A stretch of DNA of 38,595 bases from Nemertoderma westbladi (Eukaryota; Animalia; Xenacoelomorpha): NCBI GenBank assembly GCA_032718475.1, contig JAUCBJ010004414.1, positions 1 through 38,595 on the forward strand, written 5' to 3'. Below the pieces are notes generated by a model. It made no database searches. It was not told where the DNA came from and saw only the letters and a program-made list of their open reading frames with translations. Positions 12,134 through 21,481 of this stretch are shown here, piece after piece. The position numbers and the translations under genes are program-made. Each line of letters begins with the position of its first letter. Within the stretch, counting starts at the first letter, position 1.

Positions 12134-14320
12134 TTAATTCTTACGACGAGTTACAGTAGAGACTCCGTCTTGGAACTTCGTCTGATAAAGTACATTAGCG
12201 TTATTAAACATTCCCTCCTTAAGGGAGACAACAATAAACTGACTGTTTTTGAAGTGGGTTTTAATCATTTGTCCGACGTTCTGAGTGTGGGACAGATCGA
12301 GAGCTGCATCAACCTCGTCTAGGATATATATGGGGGCGGGCTTAAACATCAACAGACTGAGAACCAAGGAGAGAGCCACCAAGGACCGCTGTCCCCCGCT
12401 CAACTCAGTGAGACTGTCCTTCCAGACACCGCCGAAGGAGACCTTGATCTCGAGACCGTCCAGCACTGCCCCTGTAGGGGGCTCCAGCTTGGAGAAAGCG
12501 CCGGGTAGCAACGTCTTAAAGATAGAACCGAAATCTCGGTTCACCTGGAAACAGGCCTTCTCCAAGGCCAACTGCTTCTTCTCATCCAACTCACGTATAA
12601 TCGACTGGATTTTATTCTTATCCCCGATCACGGTCTCTTTCTTCTTGATGAGCTCGTGGTAACGCTCCTGCGCTTTCTCCAACATGTTCATGGCTCGCAT
12701 GTTGACGTTCTTACTGAGTTTCCCTTGGGTTTCCTTCAGCGACTTCAGTCGACGTCCAACTTCCCGCATATCCGTCGACCGGAAGTCGTATGCCGTATTC
12801 TCATTCCCAAAGTATTGCTTCTCCGACTCTATCCAGTTGTTGGACTCCAACAACCCGGCCGCCCTCCCATTCAACTCCCCCCGCTCCGCCACTGATTTCT
12901 CCAGACTGTGTTGCAAATCCTTCATCTTTAGATCAGCTTCCTGCATCTCCTTCACTAGTTTGTTCTGCTCTTTCTGTTTCTCTTGGATTTCTTTATTTTT
13001 ACTAGCCAGGGCGCTCTTCGCGTCCGATAAACGTTTCTCAACTTCCTTGACAGCCTCTTTAGCCTCGGCTTCGCCCCTTTCAGCCTCTACTATTTGCTCC
13101 TCGATGGCCGCTATCGATTCCTCGCATTGCTCACTCTCTACTTGCCCATCCACTACGGATTTCTTCAACTCCAACATCTCCAGTTTCAGTTCCTCCGTAT
13201 ACTGAACTTTCTCCTGTAGAACATCGTGAGCCTCTCTAACCCGCACCTTGAGTGCTTCAATAGCGGCTTTGGTAGATTTGATCTCCGCCTCCTTGGAGTT
13301 GTCCTGATTAAGCAACCGATCCTCTAGTTGTTTAGCTAGTTTATTAGCCTCGAGGGTTTCGCTTCGAATCTCTTCGATACGTCGGGAATCAGCCTCGATG
13401 AGGTCCTTCAGCTCCCGGACCTCCTCAACCTGCCGGAACTGCCGATTCTGTCGCAGTCGTCCCTCCAACCGCGAGAACTCGTCCTCGACGCGATCCAACT
13501 CGCGTTTAATCTCGCGGAACTTGGCCTCCTTGTCGTTCTCCACGTCGACCGCCCGCTGCGACTCGCGAACCTCGCCCTCCCGTCGCTGCACCTCGATCTG
13601 GTGCTCGATCAGCTGGGAGGCCTTGACGAGGACCGGCTCGGAGCGGCCCCGGGAGCCCCCCGTGAGCATCCCGGCCGGCGAGAACTGGTCGCCCTCGTAG
13701 GAGACCGCGGGGGCGCGAACATCGCGACTGAAGGCCAACGACTTGGCCTGGTCGCTGGTCCGGGTCAGGAACGAGTTCCCGAACACGAACCACATCGCGG
13801 GATCGAGGTAAGGCTCGTAGTCGATAAGCTCGATGGCTGGATTGGCCTCCCCTTCGGTCAGCCGTCTCGCGGCCTCAACTTTGTGAGCCGGTAGTCGCGA
13901 GCTCGATATCTTATCCAACGGGATGAAGGTGACCCGTCGCTTCAACTGACCTCCTTCGATGAGTTTCTTCCCGGTTGTGTTGGAATCGACGACGACGTTG
14001 TAGAGTTTCCCACCGGCCGCCACTTCCAACCCGGTGGCCGCCTGTTTGAACTGATCCTTGAGTTTAATGAGTCTCGCCACGACCCCCTTCACTTTGGACC
14101 GATCAAACCCCCTCTCCGGGTCCGTGTAGTCCACCGTTAGTTGCGGCATGTTGCCGGACAGCTGCTCCATCTTCCGTTTAATCGCGTCGACTTCCTCGGC
14201 GACAGACCGTTGTCTCGTCACGGCAGCTCGGAGTTTCTCTCCGTCGAATTCGACCTTCTCTAAACGTTTCCGTATCGCCTCCACGTGTTTCCTTTTGGTA
14301 TCGTATTCCGTTGTTATTCC
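12134..14320 (-). CDS. SMC2: SMC2 exon 2: hinge, C-terminal coiled coil and C-lobe of the ATPase head (728 aa)
   Basis: Hinge motifs (GGKLYNVVV, RVTFIPL, GDQFSPAGMLTGG), signature LSGGQ and Walker B YILDEVDAALD. Acceptor tttctctctgttag|GGA at 14321/14320 is in frame with the 12134-14284 ORF. Confidence 0.93.
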   Translation of the reverse strand, partial: GITTEYDTKRKHVEAIRKRLEKVEFDGEKLRAAVTRQRSVAEEVDAIKRKMEQLSGNMPQLTVDYTDPERGFDRSKVKGVVARLIKLKDQFKQAATGLEVAAGGKLYNVVVDSNTTGKKLIEGGQLKRRVTFIPLDKISSSRLPAHKVEAARRLTEGEANPAIELIDYEPYLDPAMWFVFGNSFLTRTSDQAKSLAFSRDVRAPAVSYEGDQFSPAGMLTGGSRGRSEPVLVKASQLIEHQIEVQRREGEVRESQRAVDVENDKEAKFREIKRELDRVEDEFSRLEGRLRQNRQFRQVEEVRELKDLIEADSRRIEEIRSETLEANKLAKQLEDRLLNQDNSKEAEIKSTKAAIEALKVRVREAHDVLQEKVQYTEELKLEMLELKKSVVDGQVESEQCEESIAAIEEQIVEAERGEAEAKEAVKEVEKRLSDAKSALASKNKEIQEKQKEQNKLVKEMQEADLKMKDLQHSLEKSVAERGELNGRAAGLLESNNWIESEKQYFGNENTAYDFRSTDMREVGRRLKSLKETQGKLSKNVNMRAMNMLEKAQERYHELIKKKETVIGDKNKIQSIIRELDEKKQLALEKACFQVNRDFGSIFKTLLPGAFSKLEPPTGAVLDGLEIKVSFGGVWKDSLTELSGGQRSLVALSLVLSLLMFKPAPIYILDEVDAALDLSHTQNVGQMIKTHFKNSQFIVVSLKEGMFNNANVLYQTKFQDGVSTVTRRKN

Positions 14321-14679
14321 CTAACAGAGAGAAACAATTAAACAGATTAAGTAATTTAGATAGAAAGTTTTTGGACAATGAATGGCCTTTTTGCTTTCTT
14401 TAAAAATACATGATGTGATTATAAGTAAGCTTAGTAAGGTTCATATAATAATAATAAGTAAGGTTCAGTCAGTATAGCGACAAAGATGGGGTAACCTAAA
14501 ACTAATCCGCAATTCATTCAAACCAATTTTTTTTATTCTACATTATCTTACTAATTTAATATCACCAAAAAGTCTATAAAAATATATAATGCGGATCACT
14601 TTCAATTCCATGGTGGGGATTTCTCAAAACTTGGCTCAGACAAACTTTAGTCCAATGACTATCGATTGACCAAAATTCA

Positions 14680-14836
14680 GGGTAGGTGTAAAACGCGGAT
14701 CCGGATTCCAAAATTATAAATTAAGGGAAAGGAGCAGGTTATAGTTTTATTTTTGGGAGTTGTAAAAAAAATCGACTTCCGTAGGGACAATGTTAAATGT
14801 AGAATCCGGATCCGGATCCGCGTTTTACTCTGACCC
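14680..14836. mobile_element. Mutator-like MITE, copy 2, inverted relative to copy 1
   Basis: Reverse complement of 11164-11358 with an internal deletion; TSD caaaattca / caaaatcca (8 of 9 match). Confidence 0.82.
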
Positions 14837-15385
14837 CAAAATCCATCCCTCTCCGGGGGAAATTCGACACAAATAACAGCTGATTACTACCATAAATAGA
14901 ACTGCAACCTGTTCTATTGTGTTTAGTTTATTATTCCAGCCCCCCCCCCCCCCCCCCTGCCCTGTCTCCGATTGACGGTATGCACTTCTACATAGTTACC
15001 AATTTAGTTTCCAAAGCAACGGAAATTTCCCTCGCCATTTAACCATTTTTAATGCCAATTTAGCTAAAGTATTGTGGCTTTTAAACTAAAACGAATTCAT
15101 AAATTACACTTAAAATCAATAGAGCAAGCCCAATTTTATTATGTGAAAAATATTCGCTAACATTAATGAAAATTTACTACTTACTCTCCCCTACCTGTTC
15201 CTTTTGTTTGACTTGTGTTTGCAAATTTAAGTATAATTTCAATGAATAAATATATGTTACGCAAAAATAAATTTTAGACTTTTTTGGTGATTAACGGGGT
15301 AATATAGAATCCAAACAAGCTCAAAATCGCTCAAAGGTCCCCGTCTACTAACGCATGAACCTGCAATACAGTACAAAAAAATTAA

Positions 15386-15464
15386 CCGGAAACAGGGATT
15401 AGAACTCGGTACCGGTACCTAGAGATTCCAAGTCCACCGCTCTACCAACTTCGCCTTTGCGCCG
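15386..15464 (-). pseudogene. tRNA-like sequence (SINE head or tRNA pseudogene)
   Basis: Minus strand ggcgaagttggtagagcggtggacttggaatctctaggt...gagttctaatccc has A-box-like and B-box-like motifs and is followed by a T run. Stems pair poorly and there is a 6-nt insertion, so it is unlikely to be a functional tRNA. Confidence 0.6.
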
Positions 15465-15547
15465 TACCTAATGGGCGGTACCTAATATCTGTGAATTCAG
15501 ATTCCGTAATGATACTTTGGGCCCAGATCCACATAGACTAGTGAATA

Positions 15548-18500
15548 TCCCGTTCCACCCACCTGTAACTCCCTCCCGTTCCACCCACCTGTAACTCCCT
15601 CCCGTTCCACACACCTGTAACTTCCTCCCGTTTCACCCACCTATTACTCCCTCCCGTTCCACCCACCTGTAACTCCCTCCCGTTCCACCCACCTGTAACT
15701 CCCTCCCGTTCCACCCACCTGTAACTCCCTCCCGTTCCACCCACCTGTAACTCCCTCCCGTTCCACCCACCTGTAACTCCCTCCCGTTCCACCCACCTAT
15801 TACTCCCTCCCGTTCCACCCACCTGTAATTCCCTCCCGTTCCACCCACCTATTACTCCCTCCCGTTCCACCCACCTGTAACTCCCTCCCGTTCCACCCAC
15901 CTGTAACTCCCTCCCGTTCCACCCACCTATTACTCCCTCCCGTTCCACCCACCTATTACTCCCTCCCGTTCCACCCACCTGTAATTCCCTCCCGTTCCAC
16001 CCACCTATTACTCCCTCCCGTTCCACCCACCTGTAACTCCCTCCCGTTCCACCCACCTGTAACCCCCTCCCTCCCGTTCCACCCATCTGTAACTCCTTCC
16101 CGTTCCACCCACCTGTAACTCTCTCCCGTTCCACCCACCTGTAACTCTCTCTCGTTCCATCCAATGTAACTCCCTCCCGTCCCACTCACCTGTAACTCCC
16201 TCCCGTTCCACCCACCTGTAACTCCCTCACGTTCCACCCACCTGTAACTCCCTCCCGTTCCACCCACCTGTAACTCCCTCCCGTTCCACCCACCTGTAAC
16301 TCCCTTCCGTTCCACCCACCTGTAACTCCCTCCCGTTCCACCCACCTGTAACTCCCTCCCGTTCCACCCACCTGTAACTCCCCCCTCCCGTTGCACCCAC
16401 CTGTAACTCCTTCCCTTTACATCCACATATAACTCCCTCCCGTTCCACCCACCTGTAACTCTCTCCCGTTCCACCCACCTGTAACTCTCTCCCGTTCCAC
16501 CCACCTGTAACTCCCTCCAGTTCCACCCACCTGTAACTCCCTCCAGTTCCACGTCCACCCACCTGTAACTCCCTCCCGTTCCACCCACCTGTAACTCCCT
16601 CACGTTCCACCCACCTGTAACTCCCTCCCGTTCCACCCACCTGTAACTCCCTCACGTTCCACCCACCTGTAACTCCCTCCCGTTCCACCCACCTGTAACT
16701 CCCTCCCGTTCCACCCGCCACCCACATATAACTTCCTCCCGTTCCACCCACCTGTAACTCCCTCCCGTTCCACCCACATGTAACTCCCTCCCGTACCACC
16801 CACATGTAAGCACGTAACTCCCTCCCGTTCCACCCACATAACTCCCTCCCGTTCCACCCACCCGTAACTCTCTCCCCGTTCCGCCCACCTGTAACTCCCT
16901 CCCGTTCCACCCACCTGTAACTCCTTCCCGTTCCACCCACCTGTAACTCCCTCCCGTTCCACCCACCTGTAACTTCCTCCCGTTCCACCCACCTGTAACT
17001 CCCTCCCGTTCCACCCACCTGTAACTCCCTCCCGTTCCACCCACCTGTAACTCCCTCCCGTTCCACCCACCTGTAACTCCCTCCCGTTCCACACACCTGT
17101 AACTCCCTCCCGTTCCACCTACCTGTAACTCCCTCCCGTTCCACCCACATGTAACTCCCTCCCGTTCCACCCACATATAACTCCTTCCCGTTCCACCCAC
17201 CTGTAACTCTCTCCCGTTCCACCCACCTGTAACTCCCTTCCGTTCCACCCACCTGTAACTCTCTCCCGTTCCACCCACATATAACTCCCTCCCGTTCCAC
17301 CAACATATAACTCCCTCCCGTTCCACCCACCTGTAACTCTCTCCCGTTCCACCCACCTGTAACTCCCTCCCGTTCCACCCACCTGTAACTCTCTCCCGTT
17401 CCACCCACATATAACTCCCTCCCGTTCCACCCACCTGTAACTCTCTCCCGTTCCCCCCACATATAACTCCCTCCCGTTCCACCCACCTGTAACTATCTCC
17501 CGTTCCACCCACATATAACTCCATCCCGTTCCACCCGCCTGTAACTCACTCCCGTTCCACCCACCTGTCTGCCTGTAACTCACTCCCGTACCACCCACCT
17601 GTAACTCCCTTAAGTTCCACCCACCTGTAACTCCCTCCCTTTCCACCCACCTGTAACTCCTTCCCGTTCCACCCACCTGTAACTCCCTCTCGTTCCACCC
17701 ACCTGTAACTCCCTCCCGTTCCACCCACCTGTAAGCTGCAACTCCCTCCCGTCCCACCCACCTGTAACTCACACCCGTACCACCCACCTGTAACTCACTC
17801 CCGTACCACCCACCACCACCTGTAACTCCCTTAAGTTCCACTTCCACCCACCTGTAACTCCTTCCCGTTCCACCCACCTGTAACTCACTCCCGTACCACC
17901 CACTAGGGTTCGACCGGAGCAATTTTTTTTGCCGGAGCCGGGTACCGGACCGGAGCAACCTAAAAGTGCCGGAGCCGGGGCCGGAGCCGGACCGGAGCAA
18001 CATTGTTTGTTATTTTGCCTTGAGTTTGCCGTAATTAACTTTGCAGATAGCTCAGGGGGGGGGGGGGGGTCTCTTTACTGCTTTACATAATCAATTAACG
18101 GATATCTATCTAGTACGGTAGTAATAGCATAGATCTACAGACTGACAGACCTATACCTGTATCAGTGTATAGGCCTACTGATATAATATAATCTATATTA
18201 TATATACCTGTATACGGTCATTCGGGTACTGCCTGACAGCTGGACAGCCTGGCGATGTACTAGCTAACTGGCAGACTGGATTGGAATGGAACTAATTCTG
18301 TTACTGGAGTACTGGTAGCAATTAAAGTTAGGTCTTGTAGTCTTGGGTAAGTGGAAGACTGTCAGACTCATAGGCCTACAGCTGTACAGCGAAAGACAGT
18401 CAGACAACAGGACAATGCAACAGCAATAGGCAGATAGGCCTACAGTGTTTAGCCTACGGCCATACCATAATACAGTCGGCAGTACAGTCTGCCAGTAGAC

Positions 18501-19101
18501 GTTAATCAGTTCGCAGACGGACGTCCGGTGTCTGGCTGTATGTTTGCCTTGCCTATCCATGTAGCTATGCATCGTGCAGCACAAATACTTTTTGCCGGAG
18601 CTCCTGCACCTAATTTGACCGGAGCCGGACCGGAGCCGGACATGCCAAGTCCGGCCGGAGCCGGAGCCGGAGCCGGAGCTCCGGTCGAACCCTACCACCC
18701 ACCACCACCTGTAACTCCCTTAAGTTCCACTTCCACCCACCTGTAACTCCCTCCCGTTCCACCCACCTATAACTCCCTCCCGTTCCACCCACCTGTAAGC
18801 TGCAACTCCCTCCCGTCCCACCCACCTGTAACTCACACCCGTACCACCCACCTGTAACTCCCTAAGTTCCACTCACCTTACCTGTAACTCCCCCCCGTTC
18901 CACCCACCTGTAACTCCTCCCGTTCCACCCACCTGTAACTCCCTCCTGTTCCACCCACCTGTAACTCCCTCCCGTTCCACCCACCTGTAACTCCTCCCGT
19001 TCCACCCACCTGTAACTCCCTCCTGTTCCACCCACCTGCACGGCTGCACCTGTCTGCCTGTATCTCCCTCCCGTTCCACCTACCTGTAACTCCCTCTCGT
19101 T
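15548..19101 (-). repeat. 26-bp minisatellite (roughly 100 copies) derived from the SMC2 exon 1/intron junction, interrupted by a MITE
   Basis: Sense-strand unit AACGGGAGGGAGTTACAG|GTGGGTGG vs real junction AACGAGAGGGAGTTACAG|GTAGGTGG (24 of 26 identical). Confidence 0.96.
17904..18694. mobile_element. hAT-like MITE, 791 bp, inserted in the minisatellite
   Basis: Perfect 17-bp TIR TAGGGTTCGACCGGAGC (17904-17920, 18678-18694); 8-bp TSD ccacccac (17896-17903, 18695-18702); subterminal ccggag repeats. Confidence 0.92.
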
Positions 19102-20412
19102 CTGCTTCATTCCGTTCTCTTTGTCCCTGAGCTCCTTACTATTCTTCCTGATGCGATTGTTTATCTGATGTAGTTCCGACTCTAACCCCGTCACCCTATC
19201 CCTCGTCTCTCTCAGCTGCTGCTCCACTGACTGGATTCCGCCCGTCTCCGTAACTCCCGTAGACAACGCGTGTAACTTCTTCTCTTCCATATCCAACGAG
19301 CTCCTCATCTCCTCGTGTTTCTTTTCCAAGGAATCCAAATCTTTCAGTGATTGCTCTAGAGTTTTCTGTCTCTCCATTAAGGCCCCTTTATCTTCCTCCA
19401 TGCTCTTACTAACTTCCTGCTTTTTCTTCTTTTCGTCTTTCAGTAACCTCCTCTGATTCTCCAATAAGCTTCTCGCCTTCCCGTAATGCGCTTTCCTCTG
19501 CATCAACTGGTTGTTAACCTCCCCCATCTGGCCCCCGGTCGTCGCCGATCTCTCGCTCTCCAGCACTTTAACCTCGGCTTCGATCTCCGCAATCTTTCCG
19601 GGATTGTCCTCGACAACGCTCCGCATTTTACCGATCTCTTCCTCTGTGGTTCTTATGGAGGCGGCGTTGGCGGCCACAGACTCCTCTACCTGTACGAACT
19701 GCCAGGCGACCCAGAGTTTATTGAGATGGTCGATCTCTCTGGTTATCTTCTGGAACTCGAGGTAACCCTGGCGTTCCTCTTGGAGTTTCTCCAGACAGGG
19801 CCTCAACTCCTCCTCCAACGCGGTGTTGATTTGTACCAACTTGGACTCTTTCTTCTCTATGGTTTTCTCTGCCGACTCTTTTTTACTTTCGTACAACCGC
19901 GTTCCGGCCGCCTCCTCAATCATCGATAGAATCTCCACGGGTTTCATATTGAGCACTTTGGTGACGCGGCCCTGCATGATCAAGAAGTGGGGGTTGTTGA
20001 CGTTAAGTTGGACGGACCTGAAGAGATCCTGAACGCGTTGGTTGGTCGCATTCACTCCGTTTATCGTGTATTTATTTCGACCTCCGACAACGACTTGACG
20101 AGTTACGACTATCTCGTTGTTCAATTCGTATCCCAAAGGGCTTTGCATTTTATCTCGGTTATCGAAAGTTATTGTCACGGTCGCTTTGGTGATTCCCGCT
20201 TGCCCGCTTTTGTAGACCAAATCCTGCAGATTGGCGGCTCGTACAGATGTAAGGTTCGATATTCCCAGAAGGAAACATATTCCATCGAGAATGTTCGACT
20301 TACCAGAGCCGTTCAATCCAGTTATAGCGTTAAACTGTGTGTCGAACCCTTTAATCTCAGTGCGGGTTGCGTAGGATTTAAATCCATCCAAAATAACCTC
20401 CTTGATAAACAT
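19084..20412 (-). CDS. SMC2: SMC2 exon 1: N-lobe of the ATPase head and N-terminal coiled coil (443 aa)
   Basis: MFIKEVILDGFKSY, Walker A GLNGSGKSN, Q-loop NPHFLIMQGR and IEEAAGT, all typical of SMC2. The ORF beyond codon 443 is repeat-derived. Confidence 0.95.
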
Positions 20413-20570
20413 ATTTCAGTATTTCTTCAGTTATTACTGTCTTACTCTTTGTCTTAGGCCTATCCTTTCTTCTGTTCTTAGTAAATTCTGAAATTAGGAA
20501 CACAGAATAGGCCTACGCCTGTACGCCTACGGTTAGACGGTCAGCATCAGACGCGGCTAATTGAGTCTAA
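20413..20570 (-). promoter_or_regulatory. Putative SMC2 leader/promoter region
   Basis: Directly upstream of the ATG; TAGGCCTA at 20455 and 20508, the same motif seen upstream of the septin. Confidence 0.35.
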
Positions 20571-20980
20571 CTACAAATAACTTATTGAACTTGGCAGCTT
20601 GACCACATAACATGCATGATGATAGAGGGCAGTTATTATTAAACCGTTCAGCCATTAGCCTATTTCAGCATTTGTTATTTTTAAAGGATATTTTCCAGTT
20701 TTGTACAGTTGTACCTACGAGTAACAATAATTTCGTCCGAGGATTGAGGATTCTAGCATTTCTGCTTTTGTTTGAGGAGTATATTGACGATAATAATTTA
20801 TTTGAAATATTTGAAGATTTGTTTGATAACAAAATTGTTGGTTTAAATGTTTCCACCAGTCTCACCTTGTACGAATGGATCCAAAATCGAAACCGGTAAG
20901 AATGCCATTTGCGACATCCAAAGATGACCAACTTGAATTAGTCAAAGGGTTTAACAGATTTATTTTGCGTTTTACGCTAC

Positions 20981-21466
20981 TGTTAAAGGGACATCACGCT
21001 ACTATATGTATTATTTAATATACGGTATGAGAGCAATATTGCAAGAAGCAATGTCAGTGAGAAGAGGCAAGTCGTTTCCAAGGTCTACCCAGAGCTTGGT
21101 TTAGCCGAGACACGAGGATCTGAACTTTGCATTCCTAATACTCTACTTACCAATAATACTTGAATATAGTAGGAGCTTTATTGTACTTTAATAAGTACGG
21201 ATATTTCATCTTACTGTAGGCACGTATTTATAATATGATACGGACAGTAAGGAAAGAGAAAAATAATTATTTCTCGCCGTTGCACTAAATATAATATATA
21301 AGTAATTAAGTAATAAAGACTAATATATTGCACTAATCTACTAGATAATCGCTAAAATAACATTCTACTAAATAAAATTAAAGAAAACGATTATAATAAA
21401 AGTACATTATAATACATACATAAATATAAAAATAATAAAAACATATAAAATAATATAGTCACACAC
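20981..21466 (-). repeat. Candidate 3' LTR of BEL/Pao element 1
   Basis: On the - strand it follows the end of integrase and a purine-rich ggagtggg tract, begins TG, contains AATAAA and ends ...tttaaCA. No second copy was found, so the boundaries are unconfirmed. Confidence 0.4.
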
Positions 21467-21481
21467 CCACTCCAGACGCCG

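Larger units (their letters stand above)
14321..19083 (-). other. SMC2: SMC2 single phase-0 GT-AG intron, 4763 bp
   Basis: Donor CAG|GTAGGT at 19084/19083; acceptor with pyrimidine tract at 14321. The join gives ...KQNERELQ|GITTEYDTKRKHVEAIRK... and a protein of about 1171 aa, normal for SMC2. Confidence 0.88.

Noticed and set aside
11164-14836. Circular RNA from the inverted MITEs flanking exon 2
   Set aside because: Exon 2 appears terminal, so no downstream donor is evident for back-splicing.
15386-15464. Functional tRNA-Pro(TGG) gene
   Set aside because: Acceptor and anticodon stems pair poorly, and there is an insertion before the T arm.
15538-18825. Many VGGTGGSYRWVEREG ORFs as a repeat protein
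   Set aside because: Translations of the intronic 26-bp array in all three frames with frequent frame switches; only 19083-18877 is a plausible coding extension.
14321-19083. Intron created purely by tandem duplication of an AGGT proto-splice site
   Set aside because: The acceptor (tctctgttag|GGA) and 1.2 kb of 3' intron are unrelated to the repeat unit, so the array looks like an expansion within an existing intron.
12134-20412. Two separate SMC genes, a split pseudogene, or a bacterial SMC/Wadjet-type system
   Set aside because: Canonical donor and acceptor join the halves in frame into a full-length eukaryotic SMC2.
20612-20931. Short ORFs on both strands upstream of SMC2
   Set aside because: No recognisable motifs; AT-rich and of a length expected by chance.
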